From the NCBI RefSeq assembly GCF_036321535.1, contig NC_087436.1, positions 85,562,001-85,626,000 of the forward strand: a stretch of DNA of 64,000 bases. The letters run 5' to 3'. The notes beneath the pieces were generated by a model. It searched no databases. It was not told where the DNA came from and was given only the letters and a program-made list of their open reading frames with translations. Positions 38,796 to 50,935 of the stretch are shown piece after piece. Numbering within the stretch: the stretch's first letter is position 1; each line of letters opens with the position of its first letter. The position numbers were made by a program, and so were the translations under genes. The stretch is from Camelus dromedarius. Its lineage: Eukaryota.

Positions 38796-39081
38796 AAGAT
38801 TCAGAACTCCAGGAAGGTGAAATAATTGACATTGAGACCAAACATTATTTGTGAAAGAGGCAAGGAATCTGAGTTCTAGATCCTTGGAGTATATCTCCAC
38901 AAATTCCAGACTTCTGCCACAGTGATCTTCCTGAAGCACAAATCTTCTTGTGTCTCCACTTTCACACCCTTAAAATCTTTCAATAGCTCCCCAAAATTGT
39001 GAGGTTGAAGTCATTTATTCAATAAATACCTACCAAGATCCAGGGAATGTGTTATTCACTGGTGATTCAAAAAGATATATG

Positions 39082-39256
39082 AGGGAGAAATGTATAACTC
39101 CAGTTATAGTGTGTGCTTAGCATGCACCAGGTCCTGGGTTCAAACCCCAGTACCTTCATTAAAAAAGTAATAAGTAATAATAATAATAAATAAATAAACC
39201 TAATTACCTCACCTCCCCAAAATCAAATAAAATAATTAAAAAACTAAAAAATATTT
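39082..39256 (+). mobile_element. Camelid tRNA-derived SINE (Vic-1-like) with TSD
   Basis: GTGCTTAGCATGCACCAGGTCCTGGGTTCAAACCCCAGTACC; TSD AAAAAGATATATG (39069-39081) / AAAATGATATATG (39257-39269). Confidence 0.9.
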
Positions 39257-39684
39257 AAAATGATATATGCATGTGTTGGATCTGAAGGGGTGTTGGGATC
39301 CCCCCATTTTCCTTTTGACGTTTGGATATAATATCTTCCTTTGGGGGTGATTCATTCCATTTCTCATGTAAATCAATTTAGCCATCTCCTATAGACTCTA
39401 GTCAGTCTTGCTGCTCTACCCATTACCTTGACCATCACAAAATGGCTCACAATACAAATATAGACACCTTTTAAGAAGAGTGAAGTGGGACAAGGAGGGA
39501 GAGAGAGGAAGAAGGAAGCTCCTAATGTTGATGCTTGAACTTTCTGATAGGGACAAAGAGAGTTACAGGATGCAGGTGACGGAAAATTGAACAGAGGATC
39601 AGAGGGAACGCAAAGAGAATAGCCAGTTCTATTGGGGAGGATTGGATTAGGAGCATCTCCTCTGAGGGTACTTAAGCGAAACGT

Positions 39685-39855
39685 TTTTTAAACACAAAAT
39701 TTACTATTTAACCATTTTTGAGTGTATATTTCAGTGGCATTAAGTACATTCACATTGTTTTACAATCGTCACTACTATCCATCTCCAGAACTTTTTATCA
39801 TCCCAAAATGAAACTGTGCACACGTTAAACAATAACTCTCCATCTCCTCCTTTCC

Positions 39856-39887
<32 letters not shown>

Positions 39888-39888
39888 T
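39685..39888 (-). mobile_element. L1MB-like 3' fragment ending in a (TA)n microsatellite
   Basis: CAGTGGCATTAAGTACATTCACATTG...ATCTCCAGAACTTTT; (TA)n at 39856-39888. Confidence 0.75.
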
Positions 39889-40169
39889 TTAATTCAAGCC
39901 TAATTATTTAATCAGAATCTCAGAATGTTAGTGCTTAAATTCTTTCTGTCTTAACATGTGTAAGTATAGTAAAATCCCAGATTGTACCTGTTATGCAATT
40001 ATTAGACACTTAAAGTTCACTTTTGGAAACACAGTTATGATTTTATTTACAAAATAAAATACATTTAGAAAGACCAATAAATATAATTTGTCAATATATT
40101 ATTTGCTACCTACTGTGGCTAATAGTTGATATTAAGTCTTTGGTTATAATATATAAAAATTAAAGATAC

Positions 40170-40945
40170 AGCCTCCTACACTGTTGGCGGGAATATTGTT
40201 TGGCACAGCCATTATGGAAAATGGTGTGGAGATTCCTCAAAAACTAAAAATAGACTTACTGTATGATCCAGCAATCCCACTCTTGGGCATATATCCAGAA
40301 AAAACTTTAATCCGAAAAGACACATGCACCCCAATGTTCAGATTAGCACTGTTTACAATAGCCAAGACTTGGAAACAATCTAAATGTCCACTGACAGATG
40401 ACTGGACAAAGAAGATGTGAGCTATATATATATAAACATGCACACACATATATACACATGTAGATATATATACAATGGAATACTACTCATCCATAAAAAT
40501 ATGATAAAATAATGCCATTTAGAGCAACATGGATGGACCTAGAGATTGTCATTCTAAGTGAAGTAAGCCAGAAAGAGGAAGAAAAATACCATATGATATC
40601 ACTTATATGTGGAATCTTAAAAAATGACACAAATGAACTTATTTACAAAACATAAGTAGAATCACAGACATGGAAAACAAACTTATGGTTACCAAGGGGA
40701 AGGGGATGGGAAGGGATAAACTGGGAGTCTGAGATTTGCAGATACTAACAACTATGTATAAAATAGATAAACAACAAATTTTTACTGTATAGCACAGGGA
40801 GCTATATTCAATATCTTGTAGTAACCTATAATGAAAAAGAATATGAAAAGGAATATATGTATGTACAAGTATGACTGAAACATTATGCTGTACACCAGAA
40901 ATTGACACAACATTATAAACTGACTACACTTCAATTAAAAAAAAA
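40170..40945 (+). mobile_element. L1 3' end (ORF2 C-terminus, 3' UTR, poly-A)
   Basis: Encodes YDPAIPLLGIYP...TCTPMF..ALFTIAKTWKQSKCP..DDW, the L1 ORF2 C-terminal signature. Confidence 0.95.
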
Positions 40946-41350
40946 GGTATGTACATTGAGAAATAAAGGTATACTGACATGCTACTTATAAAATGTTTTT
41001 GTTCATATATTTTTCAAAAAAGATGCTGTCTTTACTGGTCAGTATTGAAAACGTATCACTTGTCACATTAGGTAAAATAAGAATTATCAAGGCTCAATTT
41101 AGAATAATAGACTGCAAATATACGTATTCAGAAGCTACAAAGCCCTTAAACCTATACAAATCTTAAGTTACTAAACTGAAAACACTGAAACAGAAATAAC
41201 TGATTTGGCCGTCAAGATGTAGGAATAAGAGTGGAAAAAAGCAGTTTTGGAAATGAAGAGACAGTTATTTAAAATAATTGTGTTCAGACCACAGTTTTTG
41301 ACACAATTAAGCTGAGTCTTGAAGATAGGTAGGTGTTTGCCAGATGGAGG

Positions 41351-41809
41351 TTGTTGTGAGTTGACCTGTGTTCCCCCCAAAAGACAGGTTCCAGCTCTAA
41401 GTCCCACTACTTGTGAGAGTGATCTTACAGAGTTTTTGCAGAAAAGATCAAGTTAAGGTGAAGTCATACTGGATGAGGGTGGGCCCCAAGCCAATGCCTG
41501 GTGTTTTTGTAAGAAGAGAGAGATTAGGACATAGAAACACACAGGGAGAATGTCTTGTGATACAGAGGCAGAGGTGGAAGTGACACATTTGCAAATCAAG
41601 CAAAGCTGAGGATTGCTGGCAACCACCAGAAATTAGGAGAGAGACGTGGGACAGATTCTCAGAGCTTCAGAGCCTCCAGAAAGACCCAGCCCCACCAGAA
41701 CCTCAATTTTGGACTTCTAGGCTGCAAACTGTGAGACAATAAATTTCCATTGTTTTAAACCATGTGAGCTTGTGGTATTTTGTTCCAGTAGCCCTAGGAA
41801 CCCAGTGCA
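41351..41809 (+). mobile_element. MaLR LTR (MLT1B/C-like)
   Basis: TGTGTTCCCCCCAAAAGA...GCTGGCAACCACCAGAA...ACTGTGAGACAATAAATTTC...GCCCTAGGAA. Confidence 0.88.
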
Positions 41810-41963
41810 GATAGAACGTGGAAGAATATAATAGACAGAAGACTCAGTAGAGCAAAGGCCTGGGTTGTGAAACAGCCGGGGCATCTTTTTACAGAAGATC
41901 CTCAGACACATTCTCAGAGGTGGGGTTATAGCCTACTGACTCTGCCATTAATAGGCTGTTAGT

Positions 41964-42310
41964 GGGGAGGACTGCTACGATCGAGGTGTAGAAGGACACA
42001 GTGCTCACCCTCTCCCAGGAATACAATAAAAACTGTGTCTATGTGCAGAACAAGTAACACAAAATACCTACTGAACTTTGGTAGAATATCTCTTAGTATC
42101 GAAACTACACGGAAAATCCTCAGAAACCCAGATAAATGAGTTTATACTGTACATCACAGGGAACTGTATTCAATATCTTGTAGTAACCTATAATGAAAAA
42201 GAATATGAAAACGAATGTATGTATGTATATGTATGGCTGAAATATTATGCTGTATACCAGAAATTGATTCAACATTGTAAACTGACTACACTTTAATAAA
42301 AAAAATTTTA
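41964..42310 (+). mobile_element. Internally deleted 'mini-L1': L1 5' UTR start fused to L1 3' UTR end
   Basis: 5' part GGGGAGG...GTAGAAGGACACAGTGCTCACCCTCTCCCA...ACCTACTGAAC resembles cetartiodactyl L1 5' ends; 3' part matches 40765-40945; degenerate 14-bp TSD. Confidence 0.72.
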
Positions 42311-44454
42311 AATATGCTATTACTACTGTCTGTTGTTCTTAGGCAAGGTAAAGCTAGACTTTCCAAAACATTAGCTGCATATCTGCAGTAAGGGAGAACA
42401 TTTAAGTTCTGAAAATACATTACTACACATACTTGTTTGCTTTATGCATTTCCTTTAAAATCAGGAAGAATTTGTCCTTTTACATTCCACATATGGCAAA
42501 AGAAAGTTGTAATTGGATATCTGCTCTATGAAAAGGATTAAAAGGAACCCTTCCCCTCTGCTTCCCTTGATGGGACATTAATGCTGACTTGGCTCTAGGC
42601 TGATGGTAAATTCCTCTGTATCTGTCCCTTGCCAAGGAACTCAAATAGCCCTGGGACCTAGGATGATTGGGTTGACTGGGATGGCAATGAGTTATCCCCA
42701 GGGAGAAGTTCAATGATAGAGGAATGATAAGCTGCCTTCTAAGAAGAGTGGGTCTGATCAGCTGCTGAGTTTTTTCTTTGATGAGGCAGATATATACGGG
42801 ATGGGGGAAGCAGACATCCTTCTGAGAATATGCAGAGCTCAACTCTCCTCTAAATGAATGTTGAACAAATATTTAAAGAGTATTTGTTTTGAAGTGGCAT
42901 CCAGTTATTCAGCTGTACTGGGGAAAAGCTGGGGACAGGCAGGCACTTGCATGTCTCTGTCCTTCATGGAGCCCCACATGGTACAATGATAATAAAAGCT
43001 ACCATAAAATGAACTCTTCTCATATGTCTAAGTAATTTATGAACAAGATTAGTTTTAATCTTCAAGTCAACACTAGGAGATAGATCCTATTATTACTTCT
43101 TACTGCATGTAAGGGAACTGTGACTCTGAGGGGTTAAGAAACATGTCCAAAGTCACATGACCATACAAGTGATGGAGCTCATATTGATAACTGAACTTCA
43201 AAGCACCACTAGCTTTCAGGTGGTGGCTTAATCAGGGTGAAGACAGCACACGATAGGAGAGTTGTATCGGATCTGAAGTAGCCTTGGAGGTTCCAATGAC
43301 ATTGGACTTTACCAATAACAAGAACCCACCAAAAAATTTTCGGCAGAGTCAAAGAGTGCCCAGCATTTAGTAGGTCTTCAAAAAATATCTGTTGAATGGA
43401 CATAGTCGAGTTGTGGTTTACAAGCTATGGAGAATGGATTGCAGGAGTGCAAGACTGGGGCAAGAGAGACCAGTTAGGAGGCTGGTGAATAAACCAAGTG
43501 AAAAAGAGTTGAAATTCCTCAGCGTGCCGAAAAGAGTCCCGAAGGAGCTTCTCCCTGCTTTCTCTTATTTAAAACAATCCTGCAAACCTGAGCAAGGGTA
43601 TCTATGGAATGACACTATGCCCCCCTGTATCTCATCTAACTCATCTTAGATCATTTAAAACCTATCTTTCCAGCATCAACAACCTGAATCTTAAAGGCAA
43701 TCAATCAGTTGTAATGAATTCACCTTGGACAGTTCACCTTGGTGTCAACCAGAGACAAGCTCAGATTTGTGCTTTATCTGGTGTACTTCCTTCTTTTTAC
43801 CCTACCTTTAGCCTTTCCAGCTGGGTGACTGGCCTGAACTCACACTTGAGTAAAAGTCTACTTTGCCAGGGAAGCTATAAACTCAGCTGCTCCACATTGC
43901 TATTTGGTGGTCTTTATTTCCTTCCAGTCTTCTCAAAATTGGGCTCCAGGTATCTGCACACTGGTAGATCCTTTCTCTGTACCAGCCCCTCTCAATGCTT
44001 TGCATTTCCCAGAATGTCATATACTTGCCCCAACTTTTGCCTTTCCATGTGCTGTTTCTTCCACCTGAAGGCTATCCCTTTCCTTGTTCAACTTACGGAC
44101 ATCTCACTAATCCCTAATGGTGTTTTACCTTCTCTCTCACGTCTTTGTTTTTGTCCTGCTTCCTCATTTTCCAAGACCAAGATAGATACATTGCCTTTTT
44201 GGTGCTTATGTCAACATTTCTTTCATTACACTGGTATGTATATAGCCTTCACACAATAGCAGATCATTTCACCAGGTTTTTCATATGCCTATTCATGACT
44301 TCAACAATCATTCACTGAAAACCTAGAATGTGCTAAGCAATGCATACCTATTAATGCAATAATTTAACACCTGTGGCATGAGAGCTCTCACCTCTATAAA
44401 TCCATGCAGTTTCACTGCATGTTTATTTCACTATCCTTCATTGTTTTCATAAAT

Positions 44455-44690
44455 ATTTTAATTGATTTATAATGGACATATTATATTATGTTAGTTTTAG
44501 GTATACAACATGATTCAATATATGTATATATTGCAATCGATCACCACAATAAGTCTGGTTAACATCCATCACCACACATAGGTACAATTATTTTTCTTGT
44601 GAACAGTTAAAGTCTATCCTCTTAGCAACTTTCGAATATACAATACAGTATTAACTATGGTCACTGTACTGTACATTATCTCCCCATTTA
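44455..44690 (-). mobile_element. L1MA9-like 3' end
   Basis: GATCACCACAATAAGTCTGGTTAACATCCATCACCACACATA...CTCTTAGCAACTTTC. Confidence 0.8.
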
Positions 44691-47600
44691 GATAAATATT
44701 AAGAACTTCATTACATAGCCTTCTTTGCATTGCAAACAGCAAAGCCAAACAAAATGCCCTTTCTGCTGCTACTTTACCATCTGTTCACCAAAACTCAACT
44801 CACATTTTATTATCTTCTTAGAAGATTACATGGAGCCCTCCTTCTATGTCTTCTGTCTAAAAACCCTGCATTTATCTCTATAATTGATTTTCTTTTCAAA
44901 TTATGTTATGGCTGTTATTTCCTTCAGATATGCAACATTAAAAAGAGAGCCCACTGAAGACAGAGATTCTAGTGTCTGGCTCATTGCATCCTTAGTATTA
45001 GTGCCGGGCTGATAAGTAGCAAACACTGAAAAACATTTACCAAGTAGCTCTGTTGGGAGAAATGCAACCAGTTTGTGCTCCTGAAATTTTTGAGAAATGT
45101 TAATGCCTATCTACCTACTATAATGCATTTGGCATTTTAATTCACCAAATATTTACTGAACACCACCATGCGCCAGGTTTAATTTTAAGGAATAGAATAG
45201 AACTAACGGAATTAGTCTTTCTTCTTAATGTGCCTCCAGTATTAATGGGACATACATTTTAAACAAGTGATAAAATAAACATGGCAAATGCCATAAACTC
45301 ATAATGAACAAACTACAACAGGAGTGCAAATTAGATTCTCTATTTGTTCTCTCATTAGGATCAATTTTTTTCCTATTATTCTTTAAAAGTATCTACAAAA
45401 TTTTTTTTTGTCTTTTTCTTCTCCATCCGTCTTAGTGGTACATCTTAGTGTAGCTTCTATTAACTCCTTTTATTCTTGACTCTGGGTGGTATTTTTCTGT
45501 CTCTTTTCATATCATTTTTTAAATTATACTGGATACTGTGGATGAGACATTGTAAAGAATCCGGATTCTGTTATCTTCCTTTCAAGACCATTATTATTTT
45601 CAAGTAGACAGCTCATTTACTAAATAAACAACTTGAACTTGTAAAGGGTCAGCTTTATGACTTGTTAGGAAAGATATGTGAAAGCCTAAGGTGTTAGTTA
45701 ACCAAGTGAGACACAATCTTCAAATTTTGCCTGACACTGATTTTCTGAGGCTTGGTGTTGGTTTTATGAGGTTGTGTTCAGAGTAGGTCTTGTGGCCCTT
45801 ATCAACCAGGGTTCTTCATATGAAACCACAAAACACAAAAAGACATAATTTTAGTGACCCTCCCCTGGGATGATGACAGCTCCCCATAATTTCTAACACC
45901 TGGATTCTTGGACCACATCTCTCAGAACAATCCCTTTATTAAATTCCTTTTAGTTAAACCATTTAGAGTGCATCATCTCTTTCCTACTGGATCCCTGACT
46001 GATATAGGTATGATTGCCAGACACTAGTACTTCCAAAAGAGCAATTGATAGACGATAAATACTGTAAAATAGGAAATTTTTTCTTGCATTAAAAGTATTC
46101 ATTTGTCTAATAACTTTACAAAATATGGGGTCTAACAAAATTAGAATGTTACTTTACTGTGGAAGTTTTCAGAGACTTTAATAAACCTGAAATGCATTGT
46201 GAATAAGCCTCAATAAACTCTCTTGGACACTTTTTTTTTCTAAAAAGCATCTTTTGCAAGCAATTTACCAAGAAACAGACTCACAGAGTCATTTTTGAAA
46301 TCCAGTGTGTGGACCTACATTGGAAATTGACCTAAAAGGAAAGACTCTTTAATAAATCTCATAATATGTTTTTATTTTTTAGACTAATTGAGCTGATAGA
46401 TGCTGCCATTTTTATAAATATATACTAACATCTCTTTTATCCATTGACATTGAAGAATAAGTCTGTACACATAAGTTTGGATTTTAAATGCCTGAAGATT
46501 ATCCCTGTAAGCAGTGGAAATCAATTTAAAACATTTTGGCTGGAAAGCATTTTTAAATGTACGATGGCTCCACAATGTATGTGTGATGACTACTTGAAAT
46601 GTTTCTATGAGTGAGGGGTCAGTAGCTGTTGATTTGCCTCCACATTTAATGGCTCCAAACTACTGGTTTTGTGTTTTTATGCAAGTGCTTTAGGTATTTT
46701 GTATTATTTCATTCTCTGGCAGGTTGTCAAGTCATCATTGCTTATAATTGTCAATGCATCTACCTCTAGCTTCACTCTTACTTCTGATCTCTCACATGGG
46801 AATCCAGATATCCAAGCTGGCTAGAACTGAGAGTACAGTCATGACAGATGTTTGCTCTCTATAGTCTAGTTTGATAAGGTTACCAGATAAATAGCCTCCA
46901 CATAACATATCAAACTCAACCCAAATTTAAACTAAACTAAAATTAAGTTGAATCTGTTTAATTGTTATAAACATGTATAGTAAGTTTTAAATATAAGATA
47001 ATAAACTCATGTAAACAGAATCAAATTTGTGTAAATAACCCCTTTGACTTAAGTTTTCATTTTCACAAGATACCTTTTAAAGCACAGCCAACTCTTCATT
47101 ATTTGGCGAAATTAACTCTATTATCCTGACAACAATTTTGTGAGTTTCATGTCAGACAAATTAATTCTGAACGCAAAAATAAATGTTATCTTTCTGCTTT
47201 TTTTTTTTTTTGGACTGGCTTTTCAATCTAGGATTGAAATCATATCTGTGGGATGACAGCTCAGAGAACCCAAACATCTGAGGAGAGAACACAAAAATCA
47301 CAAGAGAAACTCCCAGGAGCTCTGAGAAGGCGCCCGCCTGAGGCAACACACACTTACATAAGCTTCCATTATGCATGAAGGTACTGGGGATCTTTGCAAT
47401 GGCTCATGGGAGATCTATTTACACGGATTTTGTTACAGACACTAACCACATTTTGAGTCAGACAGAGTGGTGTCTGATGTTAAATAAATAAATAAAAATG
47501 CCCTCATGGAAAAACATCTCTTCTAGTCAGAAGCCATCATTGGTGTGTCTCATGACCTTGAACTGTGCTTAGACTTTATGATAGAGGATGACCATCAGTT

Positions 47601-47879
47601 CAGCTCAAGCACTGATCATGGTCATCAATTTCTAGAAAGGTGTCACTTTTTGGTTAATGCTGGGAATGTGTGAGGCACTGATGTGCACACACACACGCAC
47701 GCACACACACACAGATGTCTATTTTGGTTTTTTTATATACTATGTTTGGGAAGAATCTTGAAAGATCTTCAGTTATTTGAAGGAGATTGTGTCCTTAAAA
47801 GTTTATGTTCTTCTTCTGGCTGAAAGGAATCTAATTCAGACTTAACCCAAAGAAAATTGAGTTCAAGCTGCCTGGGATG

Positions 47880-48090
47880 GGAATAATAATGATAATGATC
47901 GCTGCCTTTTACCAAGTTTCTATTAGGAGCCGTGTACTAGGGACTTCATGCTCATTCATATTCATAACCTTGGCACTGCCCTATGTTAGCCCCATTTTAC
48001 AGATGGACAAACTAACACTTAGAGAGATTAATCAGTTTACCCAAATTTATACATCAGTGAAATAGTGAAGCAGGGATTAAAATCAGGTCC
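47880..48090 (-). mobile_element. MIR SINE
   Basis: CCCCATTTTACAGATGGACAAACT. Confidence 0.7.
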
Positions 48091-48119
48091 TTTTGACTCA
48101 TTTGCTCCTTTGAATTGTT

Positions 48120-48780
48120 TAATCAGCCCCTCCTCTCTGTTACTCTGTTGGCACAGGGATTCAGGCACTTAACATCTCAGCTCTGGGTTATATAGCCAGG
48201 GTCCCTTATCTAGCTTCCCTCTAGCTGGCTTTCCCACCTATGATCTGGTGGCCATATTGTGCCTTTTCTTCTCTCCCTTAAGCTTAATACTCTTCCATTA
48301 AAACCCCACACCGCAGGATAGAGCCCGCCCTCTTTAGCCTGACTCAGAGACTTCCAGGATTCAAATGCAGCTGCCTTTTCCCATAACTTCCTACCATGTT
48401 TCCATGCTTCAGCCCTCCTAGAGAACTGGACTTCCCCATCCAACACCTTAGACTCACCCTACTGGTACTATTTTCTCTTCCTACAGTGTCTTCCACCGTG
48501 TCTCCACGTCTAAGTTTTATCTGCCCTTCTTGGCCCAGCTGCAGTGCTACTCTTCTATGAAAGCTCCCCTGATCCTCCAGCTGGAAACGACTCCACTCCG
48601 AATTGCTGTGACAGTTTGTATCCACATCTCTCGTGGGCTTTATCGCTTACTACCCAGAGCACTAATTTATGGTGTCCAGTTCTCCTCTCAATATACTATA
48701 GGAACCAATACCTGTCTTGTTCACCACAGAAAACTCATCCTCATATTAAGCATTCAGTAAACACTTAACAACTGCTAATG
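48120..48780 (+). mobile_element. L2 fragment
   Basis: CAGCTGCAGTGCTACTCTTCTATGAAAGCTCCCCTGATCC...GTCTTGTTCACC. Confidence 0.55.
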
Positions 48781-48819
48781 GATGAGAAGACATTGATTTT
48801 TACTGATAATATAGAACAT

Positions 48820-49330
48820 CTTTTTATTGAGATATACATACAGAAAAGGGAAAGAGTGACGTGCAGAACAATGAATTATTACAAAGGAAATATACCCGTT
48901 AACCCATGACCAGGGTCAAGAAATTGAACACTAAATGTACCTTCATAATCCCTCCCTCATTCTTCCCCCTAATTATTATCTCCTTCCTCTTCTCAAAAGT
49001 TAGTCACTGTTATAACTTCTAATAACACAGATGAGTTTGATTCTTTTGAAATTTTGTGTAACGTAATCATACATGTGTTTTCCTTGGCGTGTGACCTCAA
49101 TATTGTGTTTAGTGTCTGCTTCAATATTATGTTTGTGAGATTCATCCAAGTAGTTGCATTGACTGTAGTTTGTTTATTTTCATTGTTGAGTGATGTCCCA
49201 CTGTATAAATATACCTTGCTTTATTTATTTGTCCTACCACTGAAGGGCATTTGAGCTGAGACATTGGGTCTTGATGGACATTCCAGTTTGGGACTATTAC
49301 AAGTAATGCTGCTATGACCGTTCTTCTATG
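48820..49330 (-). mobile_element. Old L1 (L1ME-like) 3' end
   Basis: TTTGTGAGATTCATCCAAGTAGTTGCAT...CCAGTTTGGGACTATTACAAGTAATGCTGCTATG. Confidence 0.7.
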
Positions 49331-49684
49331 GTGTTTGCATTTGAGTAATGATTACGGTATTGAGTTTAAGACAATCCAAATTGATTTCAGGATAAATCGT
49401 AATATATATGAGTGGTTAAAATGTTTCTAATTTTGTGTTAGACAATGCACAGTATTAGTATAAGTGGAAGGATTACTGAAATAGAAATCCAACATCCAAT
49501 CAAAAGAGTTTTAAATACCAAGGCATCTGGGAGTTAGCGGAAGCCTGACTGCCAGTGAGGTAATGATGGTAGTGAAGGGAAGATCAGAGCTGCCTGAAAT
49601 CTATGTTTTATGCAGCAAATTCTACCTGCATGTCACTCAGTATGTGCATCCTCATGAAATCCCACTCAAAGCCAAACTGTGTAT

Positions 49685-50236
49685 TGTTTCAAGTGCCTCC
49701 TATTCACCTCATTGGTGAGGGAGGGATTCTGGTCCTAGGGTGGTGAGGATGGCAAAGCACCAACACTGGGCAGATGAGATCAGCAGGAGTTGTGACGCAC
49801 ATACACTCACAGCACAGGGAGAGGACACCCACACCCGCAGGAGTGCACAGGGGTTGCACTCAGGATCACAGGCCGCAGCCAGGGCTGCGAGGCAGGATTT
49901 GTAGTGTTCGGAGAGTGAGGGGACCCCCGGTCCCCATGGAAGGATGTGATGGGCTTGTTTGAATAATTCTGTGAGCCAGAAGGGAACCAAAACCCGCTCC
50001 CCAAGGATAAGTGGAGTCTGCACCTGGTCCACTTGATGTGGAGGTCTGTCAGCCTGGGGAACCTTATTTACAGGAGAAGAGTAGGGAGCTGGGCTTACAC
50101 TCAGGCCGTTCAAAGCCCTCCTTCTTGCTCTACATGTTAAGGCAGCACATAATATTGGGCCTTGACATTAGGTTTCCACCACGCGTGTGCCTAAGGGCAC
50201 GGGTTCCATCAAGATTGAGGACTGGATTCGAGATGT
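49685..50236 (-). mobile_element. ERVL-class solo LTR (MER54/MER73/MER74 group-like)
   Basis: Reverse strand AAGGCCCAATATTATGTGCTGCCTT...GAATTATTCAAACAAGCC...GAATCCCTCCCTCACCAA...GAAACA end. Confidence 0.7.
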
Positions 50237-50784
50237 GACCAAATTCAGCAGCAATTTAAGAAATACCTCCTCTGCAGATTCCAGAGGAGAGCTTCTTGAG
50301 GGTAATTTAAGTGTAAAAAATGTTTTCAGTGCTTTGCATTCTTGCCCTTCAAGTTCTGTCTAAATGATGTGCTACCTCCCCTCCACCTCCCATCTAGAGT
50401 CCAGATCAGCAGTATTAAGCACCACACAGAGCTAGCTTTAACTTCTAACAGTGGTGGACATGAGAGAGGGAGAGAGAGAGGGGATTTAATATCTATATTT
50501 TAAGTCGATTACTGTGGATTTGGTATATATTTCATGCCCTTGTTACAGAGACTTTTTCCTATAATAATTATAGTACTATTTTATGTCTTTGGCTTTGATC
50601 TTAGACATGGTCAGGAAGCTTCTTGAGGAAGAAATCAAATTGTATTCATCTTCCCGTTTCTTCCCAGGACCTAGGAGGATGTTTCCGGTTTGAAAATGAA
50701 TGTCGATTCAGCATCTGGGTCAGAGCACAGTGCAGGTAGTGTTGTAAATGCCGTGTCATATGGTGACAGTGATGATATAGCCTT

Positions 50785-50935
50785 AGTGCTCACAGTGTGG
50801 CCCTTGGACCAGCACCACTGGCATCCCCAGCAGCCCTGGAGCTAGTTAGAATGCAGATCATACTGTGGCCCCCCAGACCTGCTGATTCAGAACATCCCCG
50901 AGTGATGTATATTGTCACTGAAGTTTGAGAACATT
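50785..50935 (+). mobile_element. MER5A-like element
   Basis: GTGTGGCCCTTGGACCAGCA...GTTAGAATGCAGA...CCCCAGACCTGCTGATTCAGAA...AAGTTTGAGAAC. Confidence 0.75.

Noticed and set aside
43609..44259. 216-aa ORF
   Set aside because: Pyrimidine-rich, partly L2-like DNA; no recognisable domain or exon structure.
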